The position numbers and the translations under genes are program-made. Positions 9,587-20,856 of a stretch of 64,000 nucleotides of DNA are shown here, one piece after another. Numbering within the stretch: the stretch's first letter is position 1; each line of letters begins with the position of its first letter. Origin of the DNA: an uncultured delta proteobacterium (GTDB lineage Bacteria > Desulfobacterota > RBG-13-43-22). Location: contig CAWJJC010000002.1 in the NCBI GenBank assembly GCA_963843145.1, positions 106,432 to 170,431 on the forward strand, read 5' to 3'. The notes beneath the pieces are model-generated. The model saw only the letters and a program-made list of their open reading frames with translations. It made no database searches and was not told where the DNA came from.

Positions 9587-10411
9587 ATGCGTAGCAGAGA
9601 ACTATTGGCAGGATTCGTAATGGGCATTGTAATGGGGGTACTGTTTTCGGCGGCTGTGGTGCTGGCCGGGGGCCTGGAGCCGAGCGGAGGGCCGACTGCT
9701 GGCAGTTCGCAGATGTACACCCTGAATCAGATCTATAACCGGATCAACAACGGCACAGCCGCCACCAAGATGACCACGTTCACGGAGCCGAGCAGCGGGC
9801 CAGCGGCCGGGACCATGCACACGTTGGATGAGATCTACAACCTGGTGGGGTTACGCGCCCCAGTTCCCAAGACCGGGCAGACCAAAACGGTGCCCTTCGC
9901 CGCCCCCTCCGGGTCCGACGGCGACCTGCAGAAGGGGGTAGCCCGGCCGAACCCTCGATTTACGGATAACAACAACGGGACGGTGATGGACAATCTGACT
10001 GGGCTGATCTGGCTGACGAACGCCAACTGCGCCAACGCCACCAGAGACTGGCTGACCGCCTTGAGCGATGTGGTGATGCTTAATACCGCCGGCACAATGA
10101 ACGGAATAAACTGCGGCGATATCAGCAACGGCGGCAGTCATCAAATCGACTGGCGCCTGCCCAATGTCAAGGAGCTTCAGAGTCTGATCGATTATGCCTT
10201 TTACAACCCTGCTTTATCGAATACGGCCGGGACCGCGCAGTGGAAGGCGGGTGATCCGTTCACCGGCGTCCAGTCGGCTTACTACTGGTCGAGCTCTACG
10301 TACGCGGGCGATACGGGCGTCGCGTGGTACGTGGCCCTGGTCAATGGCCTTGTGGGTGGCGACGTTAAGTCGAACGCGCTCTACGTTTGGCCCGTCCGTG
10401 GTGGACAATGA
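9587..10411 (+). CDS. Secreted DUF1566 (Lcl C-terminal, C-type-lectin-like) domain protein; probable DGR target
   Basis: Signal/TM segment, PVPKTGQ, RFTDNNNGTV.DNLTGLIW, DWRLPNVKELQSL, YWSSST...AW.V....G.V.....K....YVWPVRGG; AGGAGG RBS. Confidence 0.9.
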   Translation: MRSRELLAGFVMGIVMGVLFSAAVVLAGGLEPSGGPTAGSSQMYTLNQIYNRINNGTAATKMTTFTEPSSGPAAGTMHTLDEIYNLVGLRAPVPKTGQTKTVPFAAPSGSDGDLQKGVARPNPRFTDNNNGTVMDNLTGLIWLTNANCANATRDWLTALSDVVMLNTAGTMNGINCGDISNGGSHQIDWRLPNVKELQSLIDYAFYNPALSNTAGTAQWKAGDPFTGVQSAYYWSSSTYAGDTGVAWYVALVNGLVGGDVKSNALYVWPVRGGQ

Positions 10412-10455
10412 AGATCATTGGGGTTTTTGATTCTTTGGGTTATTTGATCTTCTAT

Positions 10456-10481
10456 GGGGGTGCAGGGGGCTATGCCCCCGC
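10456..10481 (+). other. GC hairpin downstream of putative DGR variable region
   Basis: GGGGGTGCA-GGGGGC-TAT-GCCCCC-GC about 45 nt after the stop codon. Confidence 0.55.
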
Positions 10482-10561
10482 GGAGCGGAAATTTTTGAGG
10501 TTCCGGGATGGTGTTCTCAAAAAAGTTAGCTGATCAGTATCGCAGCAAGGGAGGGATTTAG

Positions 10562-11101
10562 ATGATCTACACAACGAAACCGATATTGGGTTTAGCATTG
10601 TTTGCGGCCGTTGTTCTGGCCCTGCTGGGTACGTACCAGACAGGTTCAGCAGCGGGAATGGACCCTGCGGCCAAATGGGCCTGGAGCACTAACGCCGGCT
10701 GGATCAATTTCAACCCGATCATCGGCGGAGATGTGGCCGTGTACGGGGATCACCTGGAAGGCTATATCTGGGCCGAGAATGTCGGCTGGATTCGATTGGG
10801 AACCCACACCGGCGGCAGCCCCTATACCTATGCCAACACCGATGCCACCAACTATGGGATCAACCGCGATCCCACTGGCATTTTGTCCGGCTATGCCTGG
10901 GGCGCCAACGTGGGCTGGATCAACTTTGCCCCCACCGGCGGCGGGGTGACCATTGACCCCCAGACCGGAGATTTTGCCGGTTACGCTTGGGGGGAGAATA
11001 TGGGCTGGATCAGTCTCAAAGGAGGTAGCGGGCCCAAAGCCTACGGGGTGGTCACCGATTTTAGCCAAATCTTTCTGCCCCTGATCCTGAAGTCATCGTG
11101 A
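10562..11101 (+). CDS. Secreted protein with GYAWxxNxGWIxF repeats and C-terminal IFLPLILK tail
   Basis: Signal peptide; four WAWS/YIWA/YAWG..NxGWI repeats; GGAGG RBS. Confidence 0.8.
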   Translation: MIYTTKPILGLALFAAVVLALLGTYQTGSAAGMDPAAKWAWSTNAGWINFNPIIGGDVAVYGDHLEGYIWAENVGWIRLGTHTGGSPYTYANTDATNYGINRDPTGILSGYAWGANVGWINFAPTGGGVTIDPQTGDFAGYAWGENMGWISLKGGSGPKAYGVVTDFSQIFLPLILKSS

Positions 11102-11423
11102 GGATTTAGCCGTTACCATCTTTCAAACCAAACAGAGAAGCAGGCAGGGGCACAAAAGGCCCTGCTTCGTCGCACAGTTCCATGCGTAATCGTTAGATCT
11201 CGGTAGCATACCGGCAAAACATTTGTAGGTGAATTCAATGAGGCCAGAAATATTATTTAAAATTGAAGAAATTATGTATTGGTCTCTGGAGGATACTTTT
11301 CTCATTTATTGGTTTATTTTCAGGTCCCTTTTCCCGACCATCCGGCAGACTTTTTATTTGCCTTTGAACTCTTCATAATGGGGGGACCCCCATTAACCTC
11401 CAATCCTACCAAGGAGGTACCGT

Positions 11424-12262
11424 ATGAAGACCAAAGAGGCCATTACCTTGTTCCAAACCTATCAACGGTCCAGTCATCGAAAAAGGACCCTACAGAGCTA
11501 TCTGCCGATGCTCAACCAGTTCAAGGCCCTGTACGGGGAAACGGTATTTGAAAATCTTGGGTCCGATGAGGTATACCGCTTCCTGGAGAAGCCTGACCCA
11601 GGGCTTGGCCCGATCAACCCGGAGACTACGGTATGCCCAGTTAAAATCCCTTTTCAATTTTGTGATCAACCGGTGCGATCTGGACATGAAAAACCCCTGC
11701 AATACCTCATTGCTCTCGAAAACCTTCCGGACCCCGAAACAAAGTCCCAGGAGAATTTTCGAAAAAGAGGCAATAGACGAGATCATCTACAACACCAAAA
11801 ACCTCCGGGACCGGTTGATCCTGGAACTCCAGGCCGTGTGGGCTTCGGGTCGGGGAATCCTTAAAGATCAAGGTATCGGATATCTCGGAGAGGAAAATAG
11901 TCCTCCGGGAGCCGAAGTCCGGGAAGGAGGCCGAAGTGGCCTATATGCCGGAGCCTATTGCCAAGCGATTGGAGGAATATATCCGGAACAAAAAGCTGGG
12001 GCCGGATGATCGTCTTTTTCCGGTTTCTTATTCAACGGTCAGGTCAATGATAAAAAGTCTTGGTTCCCAGCTTAAAATTTCGATCAGGCCCCATGACCTC
12101 CGGCGGCATTCAGCCACTTATGCCAGCCGGAATGGGGTCCCCCTGGAGATCGTCTCCAAGGTGATCCTGAGGCACCAGGACCTGAAGACTACCCAGGCCT
12201 ATTTGGGCAAGGTGAGCGAGACGGAAGCCATCCGGTGGATGGATATCATTCACGGAAAGTAG
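11424..12262 (+). pseudogene. Tyrosine recombinase/integrase, copy 1, frameshifted
   Basis: Near-identical to 20017-20856 but with +1 nt near 11590 and -2 nt near 11835; HDLRRH and LRHQDLKTTQAY retained; indels may be sequencing errors. Confidence 0.85.
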
Positions 12263-12845
12263 GCAGGTTAACCTTTGATTACCATTATAAATCTGGAGGT
12301 TTTGGGGGTATTTTTGGGGCGGTCTGGGAGAGGTTTTTAGGGAGACCGGGGGCTATCCGAAGAATAGCTTCCTGAAATCGTGACCTTTTTGCGATTTTAA
12401 AAATATCAGAAGAGTACAAGGCGTAATCGACGATAAATGGGTCTTGATCTTTATCGCCCTCGGAAATGGCAACAAGGCATGGGTTAAACCAAATTATTAA
12501 CGGTCTCATAATTGTATTTACACGGGGTGTTCTTTTTATCTCTCGCCCGCTTGGCTCGAGTTCGCCGAGGGCGCAGAGAAAGACGAATTTCCTTTTTGAA
12601 AAATCGCGGAGACGCCGATTTTCCAAAAGAACTCACGCCTCAGGCGGGGTCTTATTCGCGGAGCGGGAGATTTTGTCTTTGGTTGTGGCTGGGCGGCGTT
12701 AAGAAATCCTGTCAATATTATTTTGAGACCGTTAATAAGTATATTGGGCAAAGTAGGCTAAATAAAAATTAGATATCAGCAAGAAAGGTATAATGTTCAG
12801 CCTTCCAAGCACAATAAACTTAAGTGGTTACGTTTAGGTGTATTT

Positions 12846-14705
12846 CCTAAATCCACCACCTAATTTTTGACAGATCGATATTCCTATTTTTAAATGCTAT
12901 TTTTACTGGCGGTTAAAGCCTATGGCCCCGGAGGAGGCCCTGCTTGCTCAATTATTTATAAAAAAACAACCTCCATTAGCTCGGTGGGCACAAGAATGGG
13001 CGCATTTCATCCTTTTCCTGGAAAATTACCCTGACCATCACCAAACGAATCCTTTTAGGTTAATTGGGTGCCCAATTACCCTGAGGACACCGGATCAAGG
13101 GCCATGATCCGGCCTCTGGCCTCCAGAAGAAGATCAAACGCCGGATGTCCTTTCACCAACCGAATGATCAATTCTCGGGAACGTTCAACAATGCGCCCGG
13201 GTAGGTTAATAAACGAAAACCGAATCGCCTTCATTCGCTTGGATACCCAGGACTTCCCTAAAACCAACTGCTTCATGACGCTATTAAGGTTCAAGGCCAA
13301 AATCATGATCCAAAACCAGGCGGCATTCTCACCAAAATCACCAGAAGGTAATTGCCCTCCGGCCAAATCTCCTTTCATTACCGAATGGGCCTCCTCGGAC
13401 TTCCCACAACGCTTTCGATGCCAGTCAATCAAGGCCCCCCCCATCCCAATTCATGTTCGTCACCACCCCGAAAAGCTTGTACCCTTGCCTGCCCATTTGC
13501 ATCGTCGGAAAAGGTAACGACTGCTGTAATGCGGCCATCCCTGGCAGCGTCATCGACCCCATCCCCTCCCGGATGGCCAAGTACCGATACACCGGGGACT
13601 TCTTACTATAGCCCATCTTTCCGGGAACAAAACAAACCTCGGCCCATTCCTGATTCGTCTTGATCCGATACCCTTCCGACCTCCTTGTAAATCACCTTCC
13701 ATTCTGATTCCTCTACTTCCAAAACCGCCCTCTTAAACTCCGGGGTCACATCACAGCCAATCGCAAACTCGATCCGACCAAATCGCTCCTCCTTCCCTTC
13801 TTCACAGTATCGGAGTAGCTCATGCTGATATCCCGCCGTGTCGGAACGTAATCGGACTTTCTCAACCCCTTCCGGCAGTAAAGCCAACGCCTCCTTCAAT
13901 GACCCGCAATTGCTCATATCCCGCCGGAACATTCCCATCCCGAAACTCCGTATGCAAGACCATCTCCTGTTCCGCCCACCAGGTGTTCAATGGCTGGTAG
14001 GCTTTGTATCCTTTGTAGCCATATAAAGCCTCCCGCTTCGCCGTCTCCACCAAGGTCGCATCCTGATCCAGCGTCGCTACCTTTTGGGGATTCTGCTTCT
14101 GCATAAAATCAACCATTTCTCCGTTCACCTTCTCTAATCCCCTCAGAGCCTCATTCTTGACCGGTATGAACGCCTTCCCCTCCACTCGTTTCTTCTCTTG
14201 CTCCGCATCGTGAAATAATGACAAATATCGAAAAACTGCAGAGGCGGAAGGCACCGTTCGTCTCCGTTCCTTTCGCCAACGACGCTCCGCCTCCCGTCTC
14301 TCCTGTCGTTTCATCCCTTTGTGTTCTATTCGCCTTAATACCTGACAAAATCCATCATCCCCCTCCAACCGGCGTAAATCCTCCACACAATCCCCGCCCG
14401 CAAGATTCATCAATATCAACGAGAGTACCGTCTGGGCATCCGTCCAGCCTTGCTTCTTTAGGTGTAAATGCCTCTCTATGCTGCCCGCCTATCCCCATCA
14501 CCGAAGCTAAATCCAGATAAACCGGCAATCCCCCCAACGCCGTCATCCCCGTCTCTTTCTTCTCTTCTTCGTACTTGAATGAGAGAACTCCTTGTGTCAT
14601 ACTGCCTTCACCTCGTTGATGATAGTTTTTTCTTGTAAAAAAACTCTATCACCTCGTTCCATCGAGATCAACGAGGTTTTATATTTTTTTGATGGTGAAT
14701 TAAGG
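12846..14705 (-). mobile_element. IS1380-family insertion sequence with frameshifted transposase
   Basis: IRs CCTAAATCCACCACC (12846-12860) and revcomp CCTTAATTCACCATC (14691-14705), 12/15 match; 5-bp TSD TATTT at 12841-12845 and 14706-14710. Confidence 0.85.
13076..14600 (-). pseudogene. IS1380-family DDE transposase in about five fragments
   Basis: TLDQDAT, YQPL..WWAE...HTEFRDGNVPA, RLRSDTAGY, WH.KRCGKSEEAHSVMK.DL, LPSGDFGENAAW motifs spread over shifted frames. Confidence 0.85.
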
Positions 14706-14800
14706 TATTTTTGCTTTTATTGAATATGCTGAAACTTTCTGATATTATCCAGGAAACCGTTCAATGAATTGGGCGTCGTTAACTAGAAAGGGAGTGAATC

Positions 14801-15671
14801 GTGATTCGTCAGACCATCCTTATCATCGCGTGGGTTCTCGTCAGCGCTGTCCCAGGATTGCTCGCTGCAGATTTGAACCCTCCAATTCTTCGTACTTCAC
14901 AGTTCGATCAGCAATGGCTTGACACCGTCGTATCAATTGAACGACAGGTCGAAAAAAAAATGGTTCCGATCGGTACTGGCTTCATCGTAGCGACTGCTCG
15001 TAAGCACCTACTCCTTGTCACCGCGAAGCACGTCGTTAAAGACGAAAAGGGAGGATTTCGGGGTGATCTCTTTTATCGCCTAAATCGAGCTGGCGGCTCT
15101 AGCCAACAGCTAAAGGATGCTGATCTCGTCAAAGCTGGCATAGGCGCTTGGTTCGAGTCCCCCAAAATGATGTTGCAGTCCGCTTCTTGCCCATTGTCCA
15201 GGGCGCGTCGGTGAAAGCGATACCCCCTTGACCGCTTTATCGAACAAACACAGGTCGAGGCTGGGGCTCCGCTGGTGGCGCTTGGATTCCCAATGGGGCT
15301 ACGCTCTCTGGATCATGCCTTGCCGATCGCCCGTCGGGGGATGATCGGGCCGCGCGGGCTCCAATTCGCTCCTGGCAGACCTCTTTATCTTTCCCGGAAA
15401 CAGTGGCGGGCCTGTGCTGTATGTGCCAGCATTCAAGACCGGTGGGGTCTCCTTTGGCGAGGGGGTCGTTCATAACGAGATGCTCGTCGGCATTGTGTTG
15501 TCGTTCATCCCGTACCGAGATGTTGCGGTAAGCGAGCAAACTAAGCGTCCCAGGGTCGTGTTCGAAGAGAATTCGGGCTTGGCAAACCTGGTACCAGCGT
15601 GGGTCTTGAAACGGTTCATCACGACGGGATCTGTCGACTCTCTCGATCAGCAACTCGGCCTACCGAAGTAG
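14801..15671 (+). pseudogene. Secreted trypsin-like serine protease, frameshifted
   Basis: Signal peptide, GTGF, LVTAKHVV (His), GFPMG, and FPGNSGGP (Ser) near 15390-15412 in a shifted frame. Confidence 0.75.
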
Positions 15672-15678
15672 GTCCCCC

Positions 15679-15781
15679 GCCAACCAGCAAATGAACCCGA
15701 TAAGCAACCACGGGGCAAGTCTCCCGATTTTATCCCAAAGTTCTTAGCCGTGGTTGCTTGCGGGTTATCCGCCCGCTACTC
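15679..15781 (+). other. attC-like imperfect palindrome after the protease gene
   Basis: GCCAAC..AACCCG..AAGCAACCACGG / CCGTGGTTGCTT..CGGGTT..GCTAC; 12-bp perfect inverted repeat. Confidence 0.45.
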
Positions 15782-16127
15782 TAACTTTCAAACCGCAATC
15801 ATTAAATTTCAGTTCAGTTCCTGATCAACATTTGTAGGTGTGTAGGTGTACAGAGAAATTATGGGGTGAGGAGGCAGTTTTTTGAGGGATATCAAGATGT
15901 TCTTCCTGAAGTCATGTTTTTGATGAATGGGCCATTTTGGAAGACTTCAAACGAAAAGTGTTGCTCGAACTCCCACCTTGCTCTTCCCACCCAACGAAAT
16001 TAAAGTCCTACTTACGAGGCAAAAAATAGTGTATACTTCTGTTCATTCTAAGTTCATAACAATCGAATAACCCTCTTCCAGTTTTGCCACTACACTTTTA
16101 GGGAGGGCACACAGATGAGAGATTTCT

Positions 16128-16164
16128 GGAAACCCCGTTTCTCAAACGAGAGGCGGGGTTTTTT
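16128..16164 (+). terminator. Leader hairpin/terminator upstream of cyclase gene (homolog of 9464-9499)
   Basis: GGAAACCCCGTTTCTCAAACGAGAGGCGGGGTTTTTT. Confidence 0.6.
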
Positions 16165-16179
16165 GCTGGAGGGTTTATT

Positions 16180-19100
16180 TTGATTTGTCCCAAGTGTCGA
16201 ACCGACCTTCCTGAGGGGGCAAATTTCTGCCTGAAGTGTGGGCATGACCTTAAGGCAGACACTGCTGCTCCCGAACCTCACCACGCTCCTGAAGCTGAGC
16301 GCAAGCACGTTACCGTCCTGTTCTCGGATCTCACCGGTTACACGGCCCTGACGGAGAAGTTTGACCCCGAGCAGGTCAAGCAAATAACCGGACACATCTT
16401 CACCAGGGTCAAAGAGATCGTTGCCAATTACGAGGGCTTCATTGATCGATTGATGGGTGACGGGGTGCTGGCCTTTTTCGGAATCCCGAAGGCCCACGAA
16501 GACGACCCGGGCCGGGCCGTTCAGGCCGCCATCGAGATCCATGCCTTCGTCAAAGGGCTCAGTCCCCAATACGAAAGCCGCATCGGGGTTCCCCTGTCCA
16601 TGCACAGTGGGATCAATACTGGTCTGGTGGTGACGGCCGAGGTGGACCTTGAGAAAGGTTCCCAGGAGGTAACGGGGGAGGCGGTCAACCTGGCCGCGCG
16701 CCTCAGCGGTCTGGCCAAACCCGGTGAAATCCTGGCGGGTGAGGAGACGGTGCGGCGGACCAGAGGGCGGTTCGAGTTTCAGGACCTGGGGGCCAAACGG
16801 GTCAAAGGGAAGGCCGAACCGGTTATCGTATTTAGGCTGATTTCCGCCAGAGCTCAAACGCAAAGCCTGGATCGCCAAGTCTCTTCCGTCATGGTGGGTC
16901 GGGACCAGGAGTTGAACCGGCTTGAGTTGCAGGTGATGAAGTCCATCAACGGTGAAGGGTCGGTGGTGAATATCATAGGGGAAGCGGGCATCGGGAAATC
17001 CCGCCTCATGGCCGAGCTGCGCCAGCGCGAGGTTATACAAAAAGTCATCCTCCAGGAAGGCCGGGCCATCTCCATCGGCCGGAACCTGAGTTTTCACCCC
17101 TTCATCTATCTGTTGAAACAGTGGGCCAGGATCTCCGAAGAGGACTCGGAAGGCTGCCGCCTTCGACAAGCTGGACCGGACCATCCGGTCGATCCACCCG
17201 GAAGAGGCCGATGAAATACTGCCCTTCGTGGCCACCCTCATGAGCATGAAGCTGAAGGGGAAATACTGCTGAACGAGTCCGGGGAATCGAAGGCGAGGCC
17301 CTGGAGAAGCTGATCTTCAAAAACCTCCGCGAGTTGCTCATCCAGGGGAGCGAACAAACCCCGCTGGTCATCGTCATGGAGGACCTGCATTGGGCCGATA
17401 CAAGCTCCCTTTTACTCCTGCAATCCCTCCTCCGCCTGACCGAGAAACATCGGATTCTCTTCATCAACCTGTTCCGGCCCGGCTACTGGCAGGGAGAGGA
17501 CGGGTCCATGGAAAAGATCGGCGACCTGCTGCCCAAACACTACGTGGAGCTGAAAATCCAGCCCCTGGACCCGCAGGCCGGCGAGGCCCTCATTGCCAAC
17601 CTGCTGAACATCCCGGGGCTGCCCTATTCCCTCCGACAGCAGATCATCGAACGGAGCGGCGGCAACCCCTTTTTTATCGAAGAAGTGGCCCGCTCCCTGA
17701 TCGAAGACGGGGCCATCATCCGTTCCGGCGAGTCCTTTGAAGTGACTGATAAGATCACCTCGGTAGTGGTCCCCTCGACCATCAACGATGTGCTGATCGC
17801 TCGGATCGACCGCTTGGAAGAACAGACCCGGGAGTTGGTCAAAACGGCCGCGGTGATCGGACGGAGTTTCTTCGACCGGATCATCAGGGATGTGGCCGCT
17901 TCGATCGACGGGCTGGACCATCGACTGGGCTACCTCAAGGATACCCAACTGATCCGGGACCGGGTGCGGATGGAAGAGTTGGAGTATTTCTTCAAACACG
18001 CCCTTGCCCAGGAGGCGGCCTACGAATCCACCCTCATCCAGCAGCGCAAGGGCTTGCATCTCAAGGTGGCGAAGTCTATAGAAAAGGTCTTCCAAGAGAG
18101 ACTCCACGAGTTCTACGGCCTGTTGGCCTTTCACTACGGGAAAGGGGAAGACCTGGAAAAGACGGAAGAATACATGGCCAAGGCCGGGGAGGAAGCCCTG
18201 TGGGCGTCCGCCTCCAGTGAGGCCCTGCACTACTACCAGGAGGCTTTGAGACTCTATGTGAACAAACAGGGCCAGGCCGCCGACCCGGAAAAGCTGGCCC
18301 AGTACGAGAAAAACATTGCCATTGCCCTGGCCAGTAAAGGGCAGCTTGTCGAATCCGTCAAATACTTCGAAAAGGTGCTGGACCGCTGGGGGGCGCCACT
18401 GCCAAAAAAAGGCCTGGCCGCTATGGTTAGACTCATCGGTGATTTTTTGGTTATTATCAAGGCGCTCTATATTGGTCAGCACCGAACCAGGAAGGCGCTT
18501 AACGAAAGGGAAAACGAAATATTAGAGTGCTCCTGGAGAGTCGCCACAGCGCTCAGCTATTTCGATGTTTTCCAGTATATGAAGGTTTCCATGGGCACTA
18601 TGAAGAGACACATTAGAACCGGCATTTCAACCCTGCCTAATGGATGGAACGCTTGGGTGGCAATATCCGGGGCTTTTTTATGGCTTTCCTTTAAGCTCAG
18701 TAACCGGATGCTGGAGATCTCACAACGGCTTGGGAAGGCGGTAGATATCGGAGGCCGAATTCATTTTGCTTGCTGGAGCACTTTTAACCAGCACTGTCAG
18801 GGAACCTGGGACCAGATCAAGGAGATGGATAGAGATTTATTGGATTCTTCGCTTGGAATTGGAGAATTCTATAACTATGGAACCTATTTGTGGTCTTATG
18901 GCGTGGTTAAAGGGGAACAGGGGGAGTTTAAGGAGGTGCTGCAGATAATTGAAACTTTATTCAATAGCTGGTCAGTCCTATGACAAAAGCGAAATTACGT
19001 TAAATGCCATAGGCCTGAAAATAGATTTTTTGGTCCGGAAGAGGGTGGCCTATGATTTCCTGTATGGAAGCTGATCAGTTTTTTCTATATGCCCGCGAAA

Positions 19101-19733
19101 AAGGGACCGAACTCCATGAGCTTGGGGGGCATGGCATTCAAGGCTGAATCCCAGATACTACTCAGCGATTGGGACGGGGCCAACGAATCGCTGTCACAAG
19201 CCAAGGCGATTTATGATAGGCAGAAGCGGATCATCCCTGTTGCCGCTGCCCCTTATCTTGCGGCACATCTATTGTTTAATATCCATCGCTTGGAACAGGC
19301 TGTCCTTTCGGGGGATTCCTCGAACCTGGCTCCTATCCGCAAGCAGGCCTATCAGTCCGGCCAAGCAGCGGTCCGAAATTCACGCAAATACGCCCCTTAC
19401 CGGACCAAGATCTTCAGACTGATGGGGCGCTACTACTGGCTGGTCGGCAAGCAGCGCCAGGCGCTTAAGTGGTGGGCGCGGACCATCCGGGAAGGCGAAC
19501 GACTCGGGGCACGCCCCGATCTGGCCCGCACCTATTTTGAGGTGGGCAAATCCCTGATAGAACCTCAAAGCAACTACCGGGAACTCAACGGCCTCAGCGC
19601 CCAAGAATATCTGGACAAGGCCGAGAAGCTGTTCCGGGAGATGGACCTCCAATGGGACTTGGAGCAACTGGAACGGGTGGGCAGTGCGTGGTTAGACTTC
19701 GAGTCCGGCAGCAAACAGATTCTTGCACGCTGA
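16180..19733 (+). pseudogene. Zinc-ribbon + class III adenylate/guanylate cyclase + AAA ATPase + TPR-like protein, frameshifted
   Basis: CPKC..CLKCG, ERKHVTVLFSDLTGYT, GDGVLAFFG, GINTG, VNLAARL, GEAGIGKSRL, MEDLHWAD, GGNPFFIEE; breaks near 17155-17275 and 18960-19090. Confidence 0.85.
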
Positions 19734-20016
19734 AAAAGAATTGCGATTAATGAACCCTTAAGGATGATGAACATTTTTAACCGTAATCGTTGAATCTTGT
19801 GTTCGGTAAAAAACAACAGTTGTAGGTGCATTCAACGAAACCTTAAATATAAAGTAAAATTAGTTATTTAAGAAAATGACCTTTGAGGGATTCCCGTTTT
19901 TTAGGTTATATTTGCCGGGTCATTTTCAGACCATACCTCAGCCTTTTTATTTGCCTTTGAAATCCTCATAATGGGGGGACCCCCATTAACCTCCAACCCC
20001 ACCGAGGAGGTGCCGT

Positions 20017-20856
20017 ATGAAGACCAAAGAGGCTATTACCTTGTTCCAAACCTATCAGCGGTCCAGTCACCGGAAAAGGACCCTTCAGAGCTATCTGCCG
20101 ATGCTCAACCAGTTCAAGGCCCTGTACGGGGATACGGTATTCGAAAATCTCGGGTCTGATGAGGTATACCGCTTCCTGGAGAGCCTGACCCAGGGTTTGG
20201 CCCGATCAACCCGTAGACTCCGGTATGCCCAGCTCAAGTCCCTTTTCAATTTTGTCATCAACCGGTGCGACCTGGACATGAAAAACCCCTGCAACACCTC
20301 GCTGCTCTCCAAGACCTTCCGGACCCCGAAACAGAGCCCCAGGAGAATTTTCGAAAAAGAGGCGATCCATGAGATTATCTACAACACCAAAAACCTCCGA
20401 GACCGGTTGATCCTGGAACTCCAGGCTCGCTGTGGGCTTCGGGTCGGGGAGTCTTTAAAGATCAAGGTATCGGATATCTCGGAGAGGAAAATAGTCCTCC
20501 GGGAGCCGAAGTCCGGGAAAGATGCCGAGGTGGCCTATATGCCGGAGCCGATTGCCAAGCGTTTGGAGGAATATGTCCGAACCCAAAAACTGGGGCCGGA
20601 TGATCGTCTTTTCCCGGTTTCTTATTCAACGGTCAGGTCATTGATCAAAAGCCTTGGGTCCCAGCTTAAAATTTCGATCAGGCCCCATGACCTCCGGCGG
20701 CATTCGGCCACTTATGCCAGTCGAAATGGGGTCCCCTTGGAGATTGTCTCCAAGGTCATTTTGAGGCACCAGGACTTGAAGACCACCCAGGCCTATTTGG
20801 GCAGGGTGAGCGAGACGGAAGCCATCCGGTGGATGGACATCATTCACGGGAAGTAG
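20017..20856 (+). CDS. Tyrosine recombinase/site-specific integrase, copy 2, intact (279 aa)
   Basis: Catalytic residues in GLRVGE (R), KSG (K), HDLRR (H-x-x-R), LRHQDLKTTQAY (H, Y); GGAGG RBS. Confidence 0.92.
   Translation: MKTKEAITLFQTYQRSSHRKRTLQSYLPMLNQFKALYGDTVFENLGSDEVYRFLESLTQGLARSTRRLRYAQLKSLFNFVINRCDLDMKNPCNTSLLSKTFRTPKQSPRRIFEKEAIHEIIYNTKNLRDRLILELQARCGLRVGESLKIKVSDISERKIVLREPKSGKDAEVAYMPEPIAKRLEEYVRTQKLGPDDRLFPVSYSTVRSLIKSLGSQLKISIRPHDLRRHSATYASRNGVPLEIVSKVILRHQDLKTTQAYLGRVSETEAIRWMDIIHGK

Noticed and set aside
11085-11096. TCCTGAAGTCAT resembling a left half-site
   Set aside because: It is the coding sequence of the ILKS tail, lacks the CTTCC arm and breaks the alternation.
12296-12352. 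G-rich tract after the integrase as a possible G-quadruplex
   Set aside because: Two of the G3 runs are lost in the second copy (20890-20947), so the quadruplex is not conserved.
12831-12845. TTTAGGTGTA resembling a right half-site next to the IS1380 end
   Set aside because: Lacks the AACA arm and TGTAG core, and has no partner left site.
16090-18482. Long minus-strand ORFs (385 and 356 aa) and similar antisense ORFs elsewhere
   Set aside because: Shadow frames of GC-rich genes on the opposite strand, with no recognisable motifs.
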